From assembly GCA_965644315.1 (NCBI GenBank), contig CBFFRQ010000064.1, forward strand, positions 62,001-126,000: a stretch of DNA of 64,000 bases, in the 5' to 3' direction. Each line of letters starts with the position of its first letter. Positions within the stretch are counted from its first letter, which is position 1. The position numbers were made by a program, and so were the translations under genes. This document shows, one piece after another, positions 39,334 through 50,395 of this stretch. The notes beneath the pieces were generated by a model that did not search any database, was not told where the DNA came from, and saw nothing but the letters and a program-made list of their open reading frames with translations. The DNA is from Caecitellus pseudoparvulus (lineage: Eukaryota > Protista > Bigyra: Bicosoecida).

Positions 39334-40054
39334 TCACGCGGGCTGCCCTGGGCCAGCTGCCGCCAGCGCCGCGTCGATGTCTGCGCCTAGACCCCCCTTG
39401 GCGCGGTAGCCCTGCACCACCTTCGCAATGCGTGTGGCGAGACCGGCGGCGTCGGAGCCGCCGACGATGGCGGCCACAGAGGCGCCTGTGTACGGCGGCG
39501 TGATGGCCACTGAATCCATGACGATGATATCGGCCTTGCGCCACGTGCAGTCGTACCTGGGGTGTGGCGGGGCGATGTGAAGGTGGGCGTGGCGTGCGGC
39601 GAGTGAAACACAGCACCTCACGTGTTGGCGATGCGGTCAAAGAGAGTCTGCACGGCAGTGGGCACATCAGCATTGGTGTTGCTGGCCTGCCGCTGCGCCA
39701 GGCGCATGGTGTGGGCCTCCCTCGCGCGAAGCTCGTGTTCGTTGACGGGGGGCAGCGGCCCTGCTGGCAGAATGTTGGTGGTGCCGGGGCCAAGGAACTG
39801 CGTGGCAGGGCGGCGGCAGTGCAGTGGGCGGCTAACCAGTCGAGCGATCACTCCCAGCACACCTTCAGGTCCTTGATGCTGGACTCCTTGATCATGTGCA
39901 GGCCTGCGTGCTGCCGCTCGTCGGCAACCTGGGACACCAGCACCACGACACGACTTTTCGCGTCGTACGCAAAGACGTCGCCCTCCATGGACTTCCCGGC
40001 GTCAGTCTCGATCGACACGCGGGCTCCGACGAGGGAGTCCACTGAAGCTGCCAT
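39334..40054 (-). CDS. LSM12: LSM12-like protein (Lsm fold plus anticodon-binding domain)
   Basis: Three exons; VGARVSIET...EGDVFAYD (Lsm) and QTLFDRIANTYDCTW...IIVMDSVAITPPY (AD domain). Confidence 0.85.
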
Positions 40055-40276
40055 GGTAATGGAGCGAAGGCCCCGCCTGCGCTGGCTCGCCGTGCAGCGT
40101 GCGGAGATGAAACGCCGACAGCACGCAGCACAGAAGCTGGCGTGCAGGGCTCGGCGGAGCTCGCAGGCGTTCGGAAAGGCGATAGATGGGATGGATTTGT
40201 GCTCGCCCGGTTGAGGCTTACCACTACACTGTGCAAGGCCACCCCCCCTGCATGGAGAGGGGCCGACGGGTGCCTG

Positions 40277-41465
40277 CTAGAGTGTAAAGGAGACTTGCAG
40301 GCCACCCACCCTCATGCAGATGGCATCTGACCACTGCACAGGGGTGATGCCTGTCATGGACCCCGTCGTAAATACCGTCCCGCTGGGAAACGTCACTGCC
40401 TCAGACTGCCCCGCGGTGCCTGACGTCGTCTGGAGAGCGCGCCTGCCCACCCCAGCCGCGATGTGACGCAGCATGAAGACGAGCGCTTGCACGGGCCCCC
40501 CCAGCACGTCAGCCGGCTTGCCTTGTGCCTGCACTGCCCCGTTCACGACCATTTCCGCTGGTGCCTCCGCGAAGCGTGCCTTCCAGTCGGCCACGGTCAT
40601 CGCCTGGCCTGAGTGGCTGACCAGGGCGCCGTGGCCGCCTTGGTCAGCAATGACACACGTTCCACGCCGGGCTGCAGCGGCTTGGTCTGGCGTCGCCGCG
40701 CCCATGTCAACACGGGAGGCGACGACCTCCACGGCAGGCACGACATGGTCCACGTGCTGCAGGACTGCTGCGCTGGTCAAGGCGGCTGAGGGCGAGCAAG
40801 GCACGGCGAGGTCTTGCCCCAGCACAAACGCCCACTCTGCCTCTACGCCTCGAATCGTCATCCCTGCAAGGCCGTGGAAATGCACAAGGGTGCGGCTGCA
40901 ACGTGTGTTGGGCGTGGAGGTGGGCTCCAAGTGGCTGCACTCACCACTCAAGTTTGAGTGCTGGCCCGGCTCAAGGTGCAGGCAGTCAGACTCAAGAATT
41001 GGGGCTGTGAAGGGCCCTTCCAGTCCCAAGGCTTCTGCAGCACCGAACGCTGCATGTGCAAGGACGACCCAAAAAGCGTGGTGAAACGGCAGCGAAACGC
41101 ACGCTGAGACCCTGGTGCCGTAGCGCCACACTTCCACCCTCCCACTCTGCGGCCGTGCCGCAGCATTGCTTCCAGACCATCCCTGTGACAAACGTGCGCG
41201 GTGGCGCAGGGGGTGCATGGAGTCCCACACGCCGGCGCTGTGACACTGGCTTGAGCCCAACTCACGCTTGGCACTGGTATGCTGAGTCTAGCGTCAGCTC
41301 CCGAACCGCGGCCTCATCCAGGGCTGAGCCAAAGGGAAGCAACGTATTCTTAAGCTTCGCTGCAGAAAACGCCTCGGCGAGGCTCTTCCCGTGTGCAGCG
41401 GCAGTGGCAAAGGCACGGCTACGTGCTAGTCGGCTGACCGCCATCGGGCACCGCTGCAGCAGCAT
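40277..41465 (-). CDS. 2-keto-4-pentenoate hydratase-like protein (MhpD / FAH superfamily) with a putative mitochondrial presequence
   Basis: Three exons; AYQCQ, GWKCGAT, VEAEWAFVLG, PAVEVVASR, IADQGGHG, VLGGP and TTGSMTG motifs; N-terminus MAVSRLARSRAFATAA. Confidence 0.8.
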
Positions 41466-41673
41466 GGTGCGTGCAAGACAAGCAGAGAAGTCGGTATGAT
41501 ATAAAATGGTGCACATGTGCGGTGGCTGGCCAGTCAGGTGCGGAATGAGGCGAGGCGTGCATTGCTGCGCACTGCAACCCCCCCCCCTTGTCAGGGCAGA
41601 GTGGACAGATGGGGCACACGGCCTCACCACCCACCGCCACGAACATGCATCACACACAAGTTTGCAGGGCCCA

Positions 41674-43476
41674 TCAGTGCTCCATGGTGCGCACAGGCGC
41701 ATAGCCGGCGCCCGGGCCCCCGCCCATGTTCATGACGGATGCCAGGCTCCAGCGGGAGGGGGCAGGTGGCACGTCGGGGTACATGCCCTGCTGCACGGTC
41801 TGGGCAGCGGGGGGGGGCGGCGCCGCAGATGCCCCGTAGAAGTACTGGGGGGCAGAGGAGGAGGGCGCCGAGGCAGCCACGGCGGCGGCTGCCGCTGCCT
41901 CCTGCGGCGTGGGCACAAAGGACTGGTGAGCTTCCCGCTGTTCGAAGGGGTGGGGCTCGTCCCTGTTGCGGCGGCAGCGGCGGCGCCTGGCGCGGCAGGC
42001 ACAGCGCAGGATGCAGGCGCTGACGAGCACTAGCATGAGGAGGCTGAAGAGGATGTCCCCCACGTCGTCGTCATGCTCGTCGTCGACATCGTCGAAGTGG
42101 CGCCAGTGGTGGCGGGGGTGGTCCGGTGGGGGCCCGCCGGGGGCCGGAGCGCCATGGTCGTCTTGCATGCCGGGCACCGCCCAGTCTTCAGGCCGCATGG
42201 GGCCGGAGGAGGGGGCTGCAGAGCGGGATGAGACGATGGAGGCGCCTTCGTGGCTCGCGGCTTCGGCAAGGGATGCAGAGCGGGAACCGTGGGCTGCAGT
42301 GGCCAGCCACGTCCTGGTGCTGTCCACGCAGGCATCCCCCGTGTCCGTTGGGGGCTGGGGGGCGTGCGCCTGGTGCCAGGGCATCCAGCTGGCGGCAGCA
42401 GGGGGCGGCCCCGCCAGCGCCAGCGCACAGGCAGCTGCGTCCTCCACAGAGGCGCCCAGGGCCTGCACGTCTTCAGGAGATGCCTGTGTGTGGGCAAGGA
42501 ACCAGGCCTTGGCGGCAGGTGGAGGGGGCAGGGGCTCCTCGGAGGGGGGGGGCGGTGCGTGGTGCGTGGAGTGGGAGCCCCAACGCAGCAGGCGCCAGCC
42601 GGGCTGGTTGGGGTGCATGCCGGGGTCACGGCCAGGCTTGCCGCCCTTGGGTGCACCACCAGGTTGCTGCTTGGGTGTGGTGGGGGGGCTGGAGGTCGTG
42701 CCGGGGCAGGCCGCCTGCACGGTGGCTGCGTCACATGCAGCTGCGGCGGAACGCAAGGCGGCGTCAGCCTTGGTGGCCAGCACCTCTTGCTGCGCCTCGA
42801 AGCCGCCCGTGGCGATGCTCTCAGCTGCTGTGTGCGCAGCGTGCACACATGCGGTGGACACTTGTGGGAACCGGTCGTGCAGGCAAGTCTGAGGCACGGG
42901 GTGTGAGTTTGCGTGAGTGTGATGTGGTCACGGCAGCGCGGTGCACGGCGCTGCGGACGCACCAACGCAGTGAGCATTGCAGTCCCACGAGCCTTGTCAC
43001 TGGGAATGGAGGCGCCAAACGTCACCTGGGCGAGCAAGGGCGCAGGGGGGTGAGGGACAGGGTTGTAACGCGACAGCGAAGGTTCAGGGAAAGCCCTGCT
43101 CCAACTTGCACACGCACCTGGCAGAGCTGCTCCACATCAGGGCCACAGGTGGTGAGCATGGCCTTCACTGGTGATGCAATCTGTGTGCAGGGCAGACATG
43201 CGTGCGGGCGGGCTGCCCTAGCCCCGGCTTCGTGGGCGAGACGCGGCGTGGCGTTGTGGCGTTTCACGGGCAACTCACGTTCTCAGGCAGCGAGGCAAGG
43301 GAGGCTGCAGCTGGCGCAAGGTGGGGGTACTTGAATACACTCAGCCCTTGCTTGGCTGTCATGGCTTCGAACCGCAGCAGCTGCTCCTCAAGGCCGGCAT
43401 CTGCCGTGCTGGCCCCGGGATCAGCTGCCATGACTGCTGCCGCAGCAGCAGCCAGAATGGCGCTGACCAAGCGCAT
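41674..43476 (-). CDS. Single-pass type I membrane protein with signal peptide and a Cys-rich (GLG1-repeat-like) segment
   Basis: Signal peptide MRLVSAILAAAAAAVMA; spliced CGPDVEQLC...CLHDRFPQVSTAC; TM ILFSLLMLVLVSACIL followed by RCACRARRRR. Confidence 0.65.
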
Positions 43477-43805
43477 CGTGAACTGCTTACAGCGCCGTAA
43501 ACAGTGAGAGAAGAAAAGGCAGTGATGATGGGATTGTCGCTTGGGTGAGGGATTTGCCAGGAGGCGGCCGATGAGGCCATGGCAGGTCCACTCTGCAGGT
43601 CTCCCAAGGGGCACTATTTCCGCAACGCAACATGGGGCGCAGGTCTTGCCCCCTGACGACACGCCTGAACCATCTCGCCGAGCAAAACGAAAAGGCGCGC
43701 TTGTGCATGTGGTTTCTCTTCTAGCGCTTGGCCTGCAGCTCCACTGCAAATGGCACAGCGCCACGCTGGGCCAGGCGACCAGCTCAAACGTGGTCTGCGC
43801 AAGGC

Positions 43806-46023
43806 ATGGCTGTGCACTGGCGGCGGGTGCACGGCATCGGCGCGCCGAGCCAGCGCGAATGCCACCAGTTCACAGCGATAGGGGACAAGATCTACTGCTT
43901 CGGTGGCAACGACAGCTCCGCCCACTTCCAGCATGTCAGCGTGTGGGAGCCTGCAACGTTGCGCTGGTCTCAGCTGAGCCAGCCAGCACAAGGTGTGGTG
44001 AGCAGCAGCCCAGGCCCACGGTCGGCCCATGGGCAGGCAGTGCTGCCCGGAAACAAGCTGTTCATCTTTGGGGGGCTAGATGGCCGCGTGGACCGCAACG
44101 ACATCTTTGTCTTGGACGTCGGTGAGTTGGCACGCGCAGCACCGTGCGGAAATCGACGCAGCCTTGGGCAGACCTGAGCGCCCTTCCCTCACAGCCAAAC
44201 GAGCATGGGAGCAGTGGCCCAGTGAGCAGGCCCCCCCTCCGCGGCATTTTCATGTCTCCGTCTACTTGCGTGGCTGTGTGTACATGTTTGGCGGGTTCCG
44301 GGATGGTGAGTGGCTGAATGACTTGTGGGCCTACAGCCTTCGCCTGAAGCAATGGCAGCAGCTGACATGGGAGGGGCCTTGGCCCTGTGAGCGCGCCAGC
44401 TGTGTTGCTTTCACAGTGGACAACAGCCGCATCGTCCTGCACGGCGGGTACCGCTGGGGCGTCTTCCTGGATGACCTGTGGACACTACACGTGGGGGAGG
44501 ATGGCGAGGGCCACCCCACCTTCTCCTGGCAGCAGCACAGCCGCCCAGCACACGGCACGCCGCAGCAAGCAGGCGGGCAGATGACGCCGACTTGGCCACG
44601 GGCCCGCTCGGGCCACTCTGGCGTGCGCCTGGGGCCGCTGCTGGTCATGTTTGGTGGGCGGCACGAAGGCGGTCGCTTCGACGACCTGTTCGTGCTGAAC
44701 ACCTTCACCATGCGGTGGCACTTCCTGGAGTCCAGCGCAGACACGCCGCCGCCCCGTAAGACCCACGCCTCGGCGCGGGTGGGCACCACCATGTACGTTT
44801 TCGGCGGCAACGGCGACGCCGGGTGGCTGGGAGACATGTGGGAACTGGACCTGCGAGCCGTGCTGCCTGCCCTGGGCCACACCCTCGCCGTGCCCCGTCC
44901 GCCGCCGTCCCTGGCCACCGACCTGGCTGGCCTGCTGCCGCGGCGCCTGGCCAAGGGTCACAGGGCGGAGGCAGCATGCTCCCATGCTGGTAGTGCCCTG
45001 CCCAGCACCGCCCTGCCCCACACCGCCACGACGTGCCCTGGCCTGCTGCTGGAAGCGCTGGCAGGGGTGGCCCGTGGGAGCGCCACGATGCAGGCGTGCC
45101 CCGTGGCGACGGCTGTCGCTGCCCATGCGGCGCTGGACCAGCTCCTGCTGCAGAGGTACGGGCTGGACCAGGAGGTGACCAGCAGCACCGACGGTGGGAC
45201 GCGAGTCATTGACCCAGTGCAGGGGGGGGCGCAAGCCTCAGATCAGCAAGGAGACGGCGCGGCAGCATGTGCCGCTCCTTCGCACAGCCCTGCAGCTGGC
45301 GCTGGGAGCGGTGGTGAGGCGGTGACACCAGCCCAGTCAGAGGAGGGGGACGGCGGCCAGCTCATCACGGATTTTGGCTTCCACACTGAGCGCAGCACAG
45401 ACGAGCCAAGTGCCCCGGCGGACCTGGAGGTGGTGGTGGGTGGTGAGGTGTTCCCGCTTCATGGAAGTGTTCTTGCTGCCCGTTCGGCATACTTCGCCAC
45501 ACTCATGCAGGGGCGGTGGGCAGAGACAGCGCGGGGAGAGGGGGGTGAGTGGACCCCACATCGCGTGGAGCTGGGGGAGCTCCTGCCGCGCACCTTCACC
45601 GCCGTCGTGCAGTGGGTGTACACCGACAACGTGCCGGGCCTGGGCATGGACACAGGGCACTTGCGTCGAGTTCTAGCGGCCGCGGACAGGCTGGGGTGCG
45701 CCGGGCTCGCCCAGCTCTGCCAGCGCTTCTTCGAAGTGCGGTTGAGTGTTGACAGTGCTGTGAGCACGCTGTTGATGGCAGACAGCCTGAACGTCCAGCC
45801 GTTGCGGGATGTTGCCATGCGCTTCGTACAGACGCACTTCAGCGACGTGACGTCCACGCCGGGCTTCTCGCAACTGCCAGAGGCGCTGCTGCGGGAGGTG
45901 CTGGTGCAGCGCACGCACGCTGCTTCAGGCACTGCGGGTGGGGGCATGCCAGGTGGCGATGGGCACCAGACTCGCCCTCGTGCCCGTGGCACGAAGCGGC
46001 CCCGCGAAGCTGCTGAGCCTTGA
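43806..46023 (+). CDS. Kelch-repeat plus BTB/POZ protein (LZTR1-like)
   Basis: Intron 44122-44194; six Kelch GG blades (CFGG, IFGG, MFGG, LHGG, MFGG, VFGG), then BTB DLEVVVGGEVFPLHGSVLAARSAYF and a BACK-like region. Confidence 0.88.
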
Positions 46024-46053
46024 CGCATGCATTTGGGCGCGAGGCGTGAGGCA

Positions 46054-47389
46054 TCAGCCCCCCGTCGCGCCAAAGTACTCCTCCAGCTGCGAGCAGCTCG
46101 GCATTTGCATGTTCTGCGCCTGCTTGTGCAGCGCCTCGGCCCGGTGCCCCGTCTCGCGCCGAGCTCTGTACTTGTACTGCAGTTGCTGCTGCCGCTCGCG
46201 ATTGCACTGCCGCCGGAGGTGGCGGTGCATCTCAGCCTGCACATCCATTTCCACGACGCGCAGTCTTTGCTTGCTGCCTTTTATGTTTGTCCAGAAGTCT
46301 GACTTGACGTAGTAGGGAATGCCTGGCACCACGCCATGGCTGGCCGTGCGCCGGGGGATGCGGTACACAGCAGACCGGTTGAGGTGAAAGGAGGTGTCGG
46401 GGTCGGAGGAGAAGGAGGTCAGGGCGAAGAGCAGCATGAGGATGAGGGGCAGCAGCTGCATGAACTGCATGATGCGCACCTGCTCTGGGCTGCGGCCGCC
46501 GTCGTCCCCGCCGCCGCCTCCCCCGCCGCCGCCGCCACCGTTGCTGTCCATGTACACGAAGTTGCCGTCCCGCGTGCGGTACACCCGGCGCTGTCGGACG
46601 CCTGGGCCGAAGTTGCCAAACTGGCCGAACATCTGCGCGAAGAGCATCTCCTCTGGCGTCATGCCGTGGTGGGCTGCGTGGCCTGCATGCCCGCCACCCC
46701 GCCCACCGCCCCCAGATGGTGTCCCAGGCTCTTCCTCGCCGAATTGATCGTAGTGCTCGCGCTTGGCGGCGTCGCTGAGCACAGCAAAGGCGTGCCCCAC
46801 CTCTGCGAACGGCAATGCAGACCAACGCCAGTGCGGCGACGCGACCACGCCCGGCTGGCGCGGCAACACGCACTCTTGAACACCTCGTCCGCGCCAGGGG
46901 ACTTGTTCTTGTCCGGGTGGTACTTCAATGCGAGCTGCAGGGGGCGAGGTCGTTCATGGTGTGCCCAAACCAGCAGCTGAGGCCACGTGGGCAGCGGCGC
47001 CCGAAACTCCGCACAAGCCTCACCTTCCGGTACGCCTTCTTGACCTGGGCACTGGACGCCGTGCGGCTGATGCCAAGGACGTCGTACAGGTCTTGTGCAC
47101 GCAAAATGCGCTGTGTGGTCGCTGCGTCGGCCGTTGGTGTGCCTTTCCCCGAGCTGGCAGCTGAAGCTGGCGTCGACGTGCCGCCTCCGGAATTTGGAGT
47201 GGAAGGGGCTGGCCGCTGTGCGCGCTGCGCCTTTGCCTGCAGGCTTGCGAGCAGACTCCGAGCCTCTGTGGACTCATGAAGGCGCAGGGAACGCTCTAGC
47301 AGCCTGGTGGCCTTGCCTACGTCTCCGCTGCGAAGGGCAGCCTTGGCCTTGTCAAGGCACTGGTGTGCGGCATCCACGTTCACGTTCAT
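46054..47389 (-). CDS. DNAJB12: DnaJ subfamily B member 12/14-like ER membrane J-protein
   Basis: Three exons; N-terminal TPR-like helix, J domain (LYDVLG...KKAYRK-LALKYHPDKN), G/F-rich region, TM QLLPLILMLLFAL and DUF1977-like C-terminus. Confidence 0.88.
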
Positions 47390-47602
47390 GGCTGCTGTGA
47401 AGGGGGGCAAGAGACCCTGGGAGGGGGGGCAAAGCACTGCCGCACACTGGCTGCCGCCTCGGCACAATGCGCACGCCTCAAGATCAATGCAAGTGAAAGG
47501 ATTGAACCTGTGCAATTTTTGCCCTCCCTGCTGAATGCTGAGCGCGACTTCAAACGCTTCCGTGAGTGCCGCGCCCACAGTGCTGGCAAGAGACTGTGAC
47601 TC

Positions 47603-47622
47603 CGCGAAAAGTCGCGCCAAAA
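47603..47622 (-). promoter_or_regulatory. Two adjacent E2F-like sites in a divergent promoter
   Basis: cgcgaaaa and cgcgccaaaa (reverse TTTTCGCG and TTTTGGCGCG) between the DNAJB12 gene and the CaaX gene. Confidence 0.25.
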
Positions 47623-47713
47623 TCCGCTTGCACCCTCCAATGCATGCCACGTGATGCCTCTGTCCACTCCCAACCATAGGCTTTTGACGGATTTCTCAGG
47701 ACCAACCCCAAAC

Positions 47714-49084
47714 ATGTCGACTGTCGAGGTGAGCAAACGCGCTAAACGTGTCAGAAGGCTGCGTCTCGTCTCGCGCGATTGCTGCTGCCGCTCACTGGTA
47801 CCATGGCAGTCCTTACGCAATGCCACGCTGATCAAGGTTCGTTCTTCCCTCCCACCGTGCCTGCAGGAAGCCCAAACTGCAGTCGAAACGCAAACCCCCG
47901 AGGTGGCTCAGGCAGACTCTGAGACGGTGCCCGAGCAAGCAACCAGCGACGCGCAACCTGCTGGTGCAACGCCTGCCGAGAAAACTGCGACGGAGGGAGA
48001 AACTAGTGCGGGAGATGCTTCAGTAGCAGCTGAGCCAGAGGACGCACAAGCAACTGAGGGAAGTGGTGAGGCCGCACCTGCAGAAGGTGAGGCAGGCCAG
48101 GCTCCGCCTGCTGCAACTGAGGATTCAGGCCCGCAGGCAGACTCAGAGCAAGGCGAGGCAGCTGGAAGCGGGGACGATACAACTGCTGCAACGTCTGAGC
48201 AGCCTATTGAGCCTGCTGGGGCGCCAGCACCAGGCGCCTCCGCCTCTGAAGCGACGGCAGGTGACGAAGCTGACGAAGCCGGTGACGCTTCGAAGGCAGG
48301 CGATGCACCCAAGCCGGCAGGTGAGGATACCCCGGCTGAAGGGCAAGCTGAGAAGCCTGAAACTTCAGCTGCAGATACGCAAGAGGGGTCTGACGCAGCC
48401 TCTGATGGTGCAGCTGGTGCAGGACAAGCAAAAGACGAAGCCGCCGAAGCAGAGGCACCCCCCGCACCAGACTCTGCGGCGGCGGAGGCGCAGGAAGCAT
48501 CTCCAGAACCCGCAGGCGGGGAAGGTGCTCCCTCAGCTGAAGCGATTCAGGTTGAGGCAGTCGAGGCACCGCAAGCGTCAGAGACACAGCAGGCAGGCGA
48601 AGGTGGTGGCGGCGACCAGGAGGCAAGCGGGGAGGAGGACAAGAAAACAGCGGAGCTTGTGGCCACCCTGCGCGCTGCATCGGCTGACTTGCTCACCATT
48701 TCGCCTGACGATATTTCAGAAGTGTGTGCTGTGGAAGAGCCCTCTCCGCTTGTGCTGCACGCAGCGAAGCTCACCATGAGCGTCATTGGGGAAGATGCCA
48801 GCACATGGCCTGAGATTCAAAAAGTCATGACACAAGAAGCGTTCCCCAAGCGGGTGTTCCAAGTGAAGCCGACCGAGGTGTCTGAAGGGGCCACCGCGGG
48901 CTTGGCTGCAGCTCGTGGGAGTGACGCATTGGAGCCCAAACTGGCAGGAAAGGACTTTGCCAGTGTTGGCAAACTTTCTGCTTGGCTCAATGCCTTGGAC
49001 AAAGCTCTTGAAGTCGGCCCTGTCGCATTGCCAGAGTCGGCAGGCGCCGAAGATGCTGAGTCACAAGCGTGCATCATCATGTAA
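47714..49084 (+). CDS. Acidic disordered protein with a C-terminal dynein MTBD-like domain and CaaX box
   Basis: Exons 47714-47728 and 47867-49084; ISPDDISEV..VEEPSPLV...VIG....TWPEIQKVM...FPKRV...VGKLSAWLNA; ends CIIM-stop. Confidence 0.7.
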   Translation: MSTVEVSKRAKRVRRLRLVSRDCCCRSLVPWQSLRNATLIKVRSSLPPCLQEAQTAVETQTPEVAQADSETVPEQATSDAQPAGATPAEKTATEGETSAGDASVAAEPEDAQATEGSGEAAPAEGEAGQAPPAATEDSGPQADSEQGEAAGSGDDTTAATSEQPIEPAGAPAPGASASEATAGDEADEAGDASKAGDAPKPAGEDTPAEGQAEKPETSAADTQEGSDAASDGAAGAGQAKDEAAEAEAPPAPDSAAAEAQEASPEPAGGEGAPSAEAIQVEAVEAPQASETQQAGEGGGGDQEASGEEDKKTAELVATLRAASADLLTISPDDISEVCAVEEPSPLVLHAAKLTMSVIGEDASTWPEIQKVMTQEAFPKRVFQVKPTEVSEGATAGLAAARGSDALEPKLAGKDFASVGKLSAWLNALDKALEVGPVALPESAGAEDAESQACIIM

Positions 49085-49408
49085 GGCTGCGGCTGGCAGC
49101 ATGGTCACGCCAGTAGGTCTGCCAGGGCGATTCTTGGCTGTTCCAGACAAAGGTGCCAGTGGAACCTACTTGGTGCGATCAAAGTGAGCAGTTACAAGGG
49201 GACGGTGGCCTTGCATCCGACGCAGTTGCAGTTCACAGAGTGACCTCCCCTGGCCCCCATACCAACCACAGCAATGAACAAAAAAAATCTCCCATACCAC
49301 TGACGCCGCCTCTCACATGCTATAGTGTGCAGCCTTGCTCTCACCTCCCCCCCTCAAGGCGATTGCGCTGCGTTGTCATCGGAGCCCGCGTGTGTAGCTC
49401 AGACAAAC

Positions 49409-50345
49409 ATGCTGAGGGTCGCATCGCTGCTCCTGGCAGCGGCCTCGGTGGTCACGGTGACCGCTACCACCTTGCGAGGCCATGTGGCAGATGCCGCGGC
49501 ATCTCCTCCGACTCCTGTGTGGCCAGACACCTGGCAGGCCCCTTTCAATGGTGTGGGCCGCGCACTGGAGCAGTGACGTGCGCAGAATCGCACACCACGC
49601 CAACCACCTTGCCCCTGACATGTTTCACAGAGACGGCCGGCATCCTGTCTAAAGGCAACACTACTGGCTACACATGGTACAACTGGCCAACAAAAGAGAC
49701 CCGCACTGACCGGGCATCAGTGCGTGATGAGCCCCCATTGGCAGCGTGCGGGTCGGTGCGGAAAATGAACGCTTCACTGGTCGCGTTGCTCAGGGCAAGT
49801 TTGACCGGTATTGTGGCAGTGTTGAGAACTCGGATACACCGTGCTCGTAAGTGCCTGGCGCTGCCCTGCAGTTTGGTCAAGTGATCTCACGTTCCAATTC
49901 CACGGCTCACAGCCACATCGTGACTGGTGGCAAGCGATACCTGTGGTACCCCCAGCTCCAGCACTGCTGCTTTTGCTGCGACGACGCGGCAGGCTGCGGC
50001 ACGCTCGTCCCTGATTGGATTGGAAACTCAGATGGCTCATACCAAGGCCAGGTTCGCACCCCGACCGGAGTGCTGGCTGACAAGTGGCTTGTGAAGGGCC
50101 TGCAGAGCAACTACTGGTACCAGACCCCCGTCACAGGCGCAGCTGTGGGCTTGGACCAGCAGCCAAACGACGTCCAGTGGTGGAACCCTGAGCGGTGGAC
50201 AACTCAACCCATCCCCTCTTCTATCTTTGCCTTGCCCTCCTCCACTTGCAGTCAGAAGTGCGCACTCTTTTCCATCTGCACTGTGGCGCAGAAATACGGC
50301 GCACAGTCGGCGGAAGCTGCCGCGTTCAAGTCCAAGTGGGACTGA
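49409..50345 (+). CDS. Secreted Cys-rich protein, possibly ependymin-related (EPDR/LolA fold)
   Basis: Signal peptide; four exons give PVWPDTWQAPFNE...YNW...RTDRASGKFDRYCGSV...TPCSHIV..GKRYL.YP...CCFCC...GCG.L.PDW. Confidence 0.7.
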
Positions 50346-50395
50346 TCCTACCACGATCCAAATACACTTCAATACACGCATTGGCCGCACACTCA

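Noticed and set aside
27587-41465. DHDPS-family aldolase plus MhpD-like hydratase as a catabolic cluster
   Set aside because: The DHDPS has canonical dapA residues (GTTGES, YYNKP, PGR, KEA), and the genes are 11 kb apart with unrelated genes between them.
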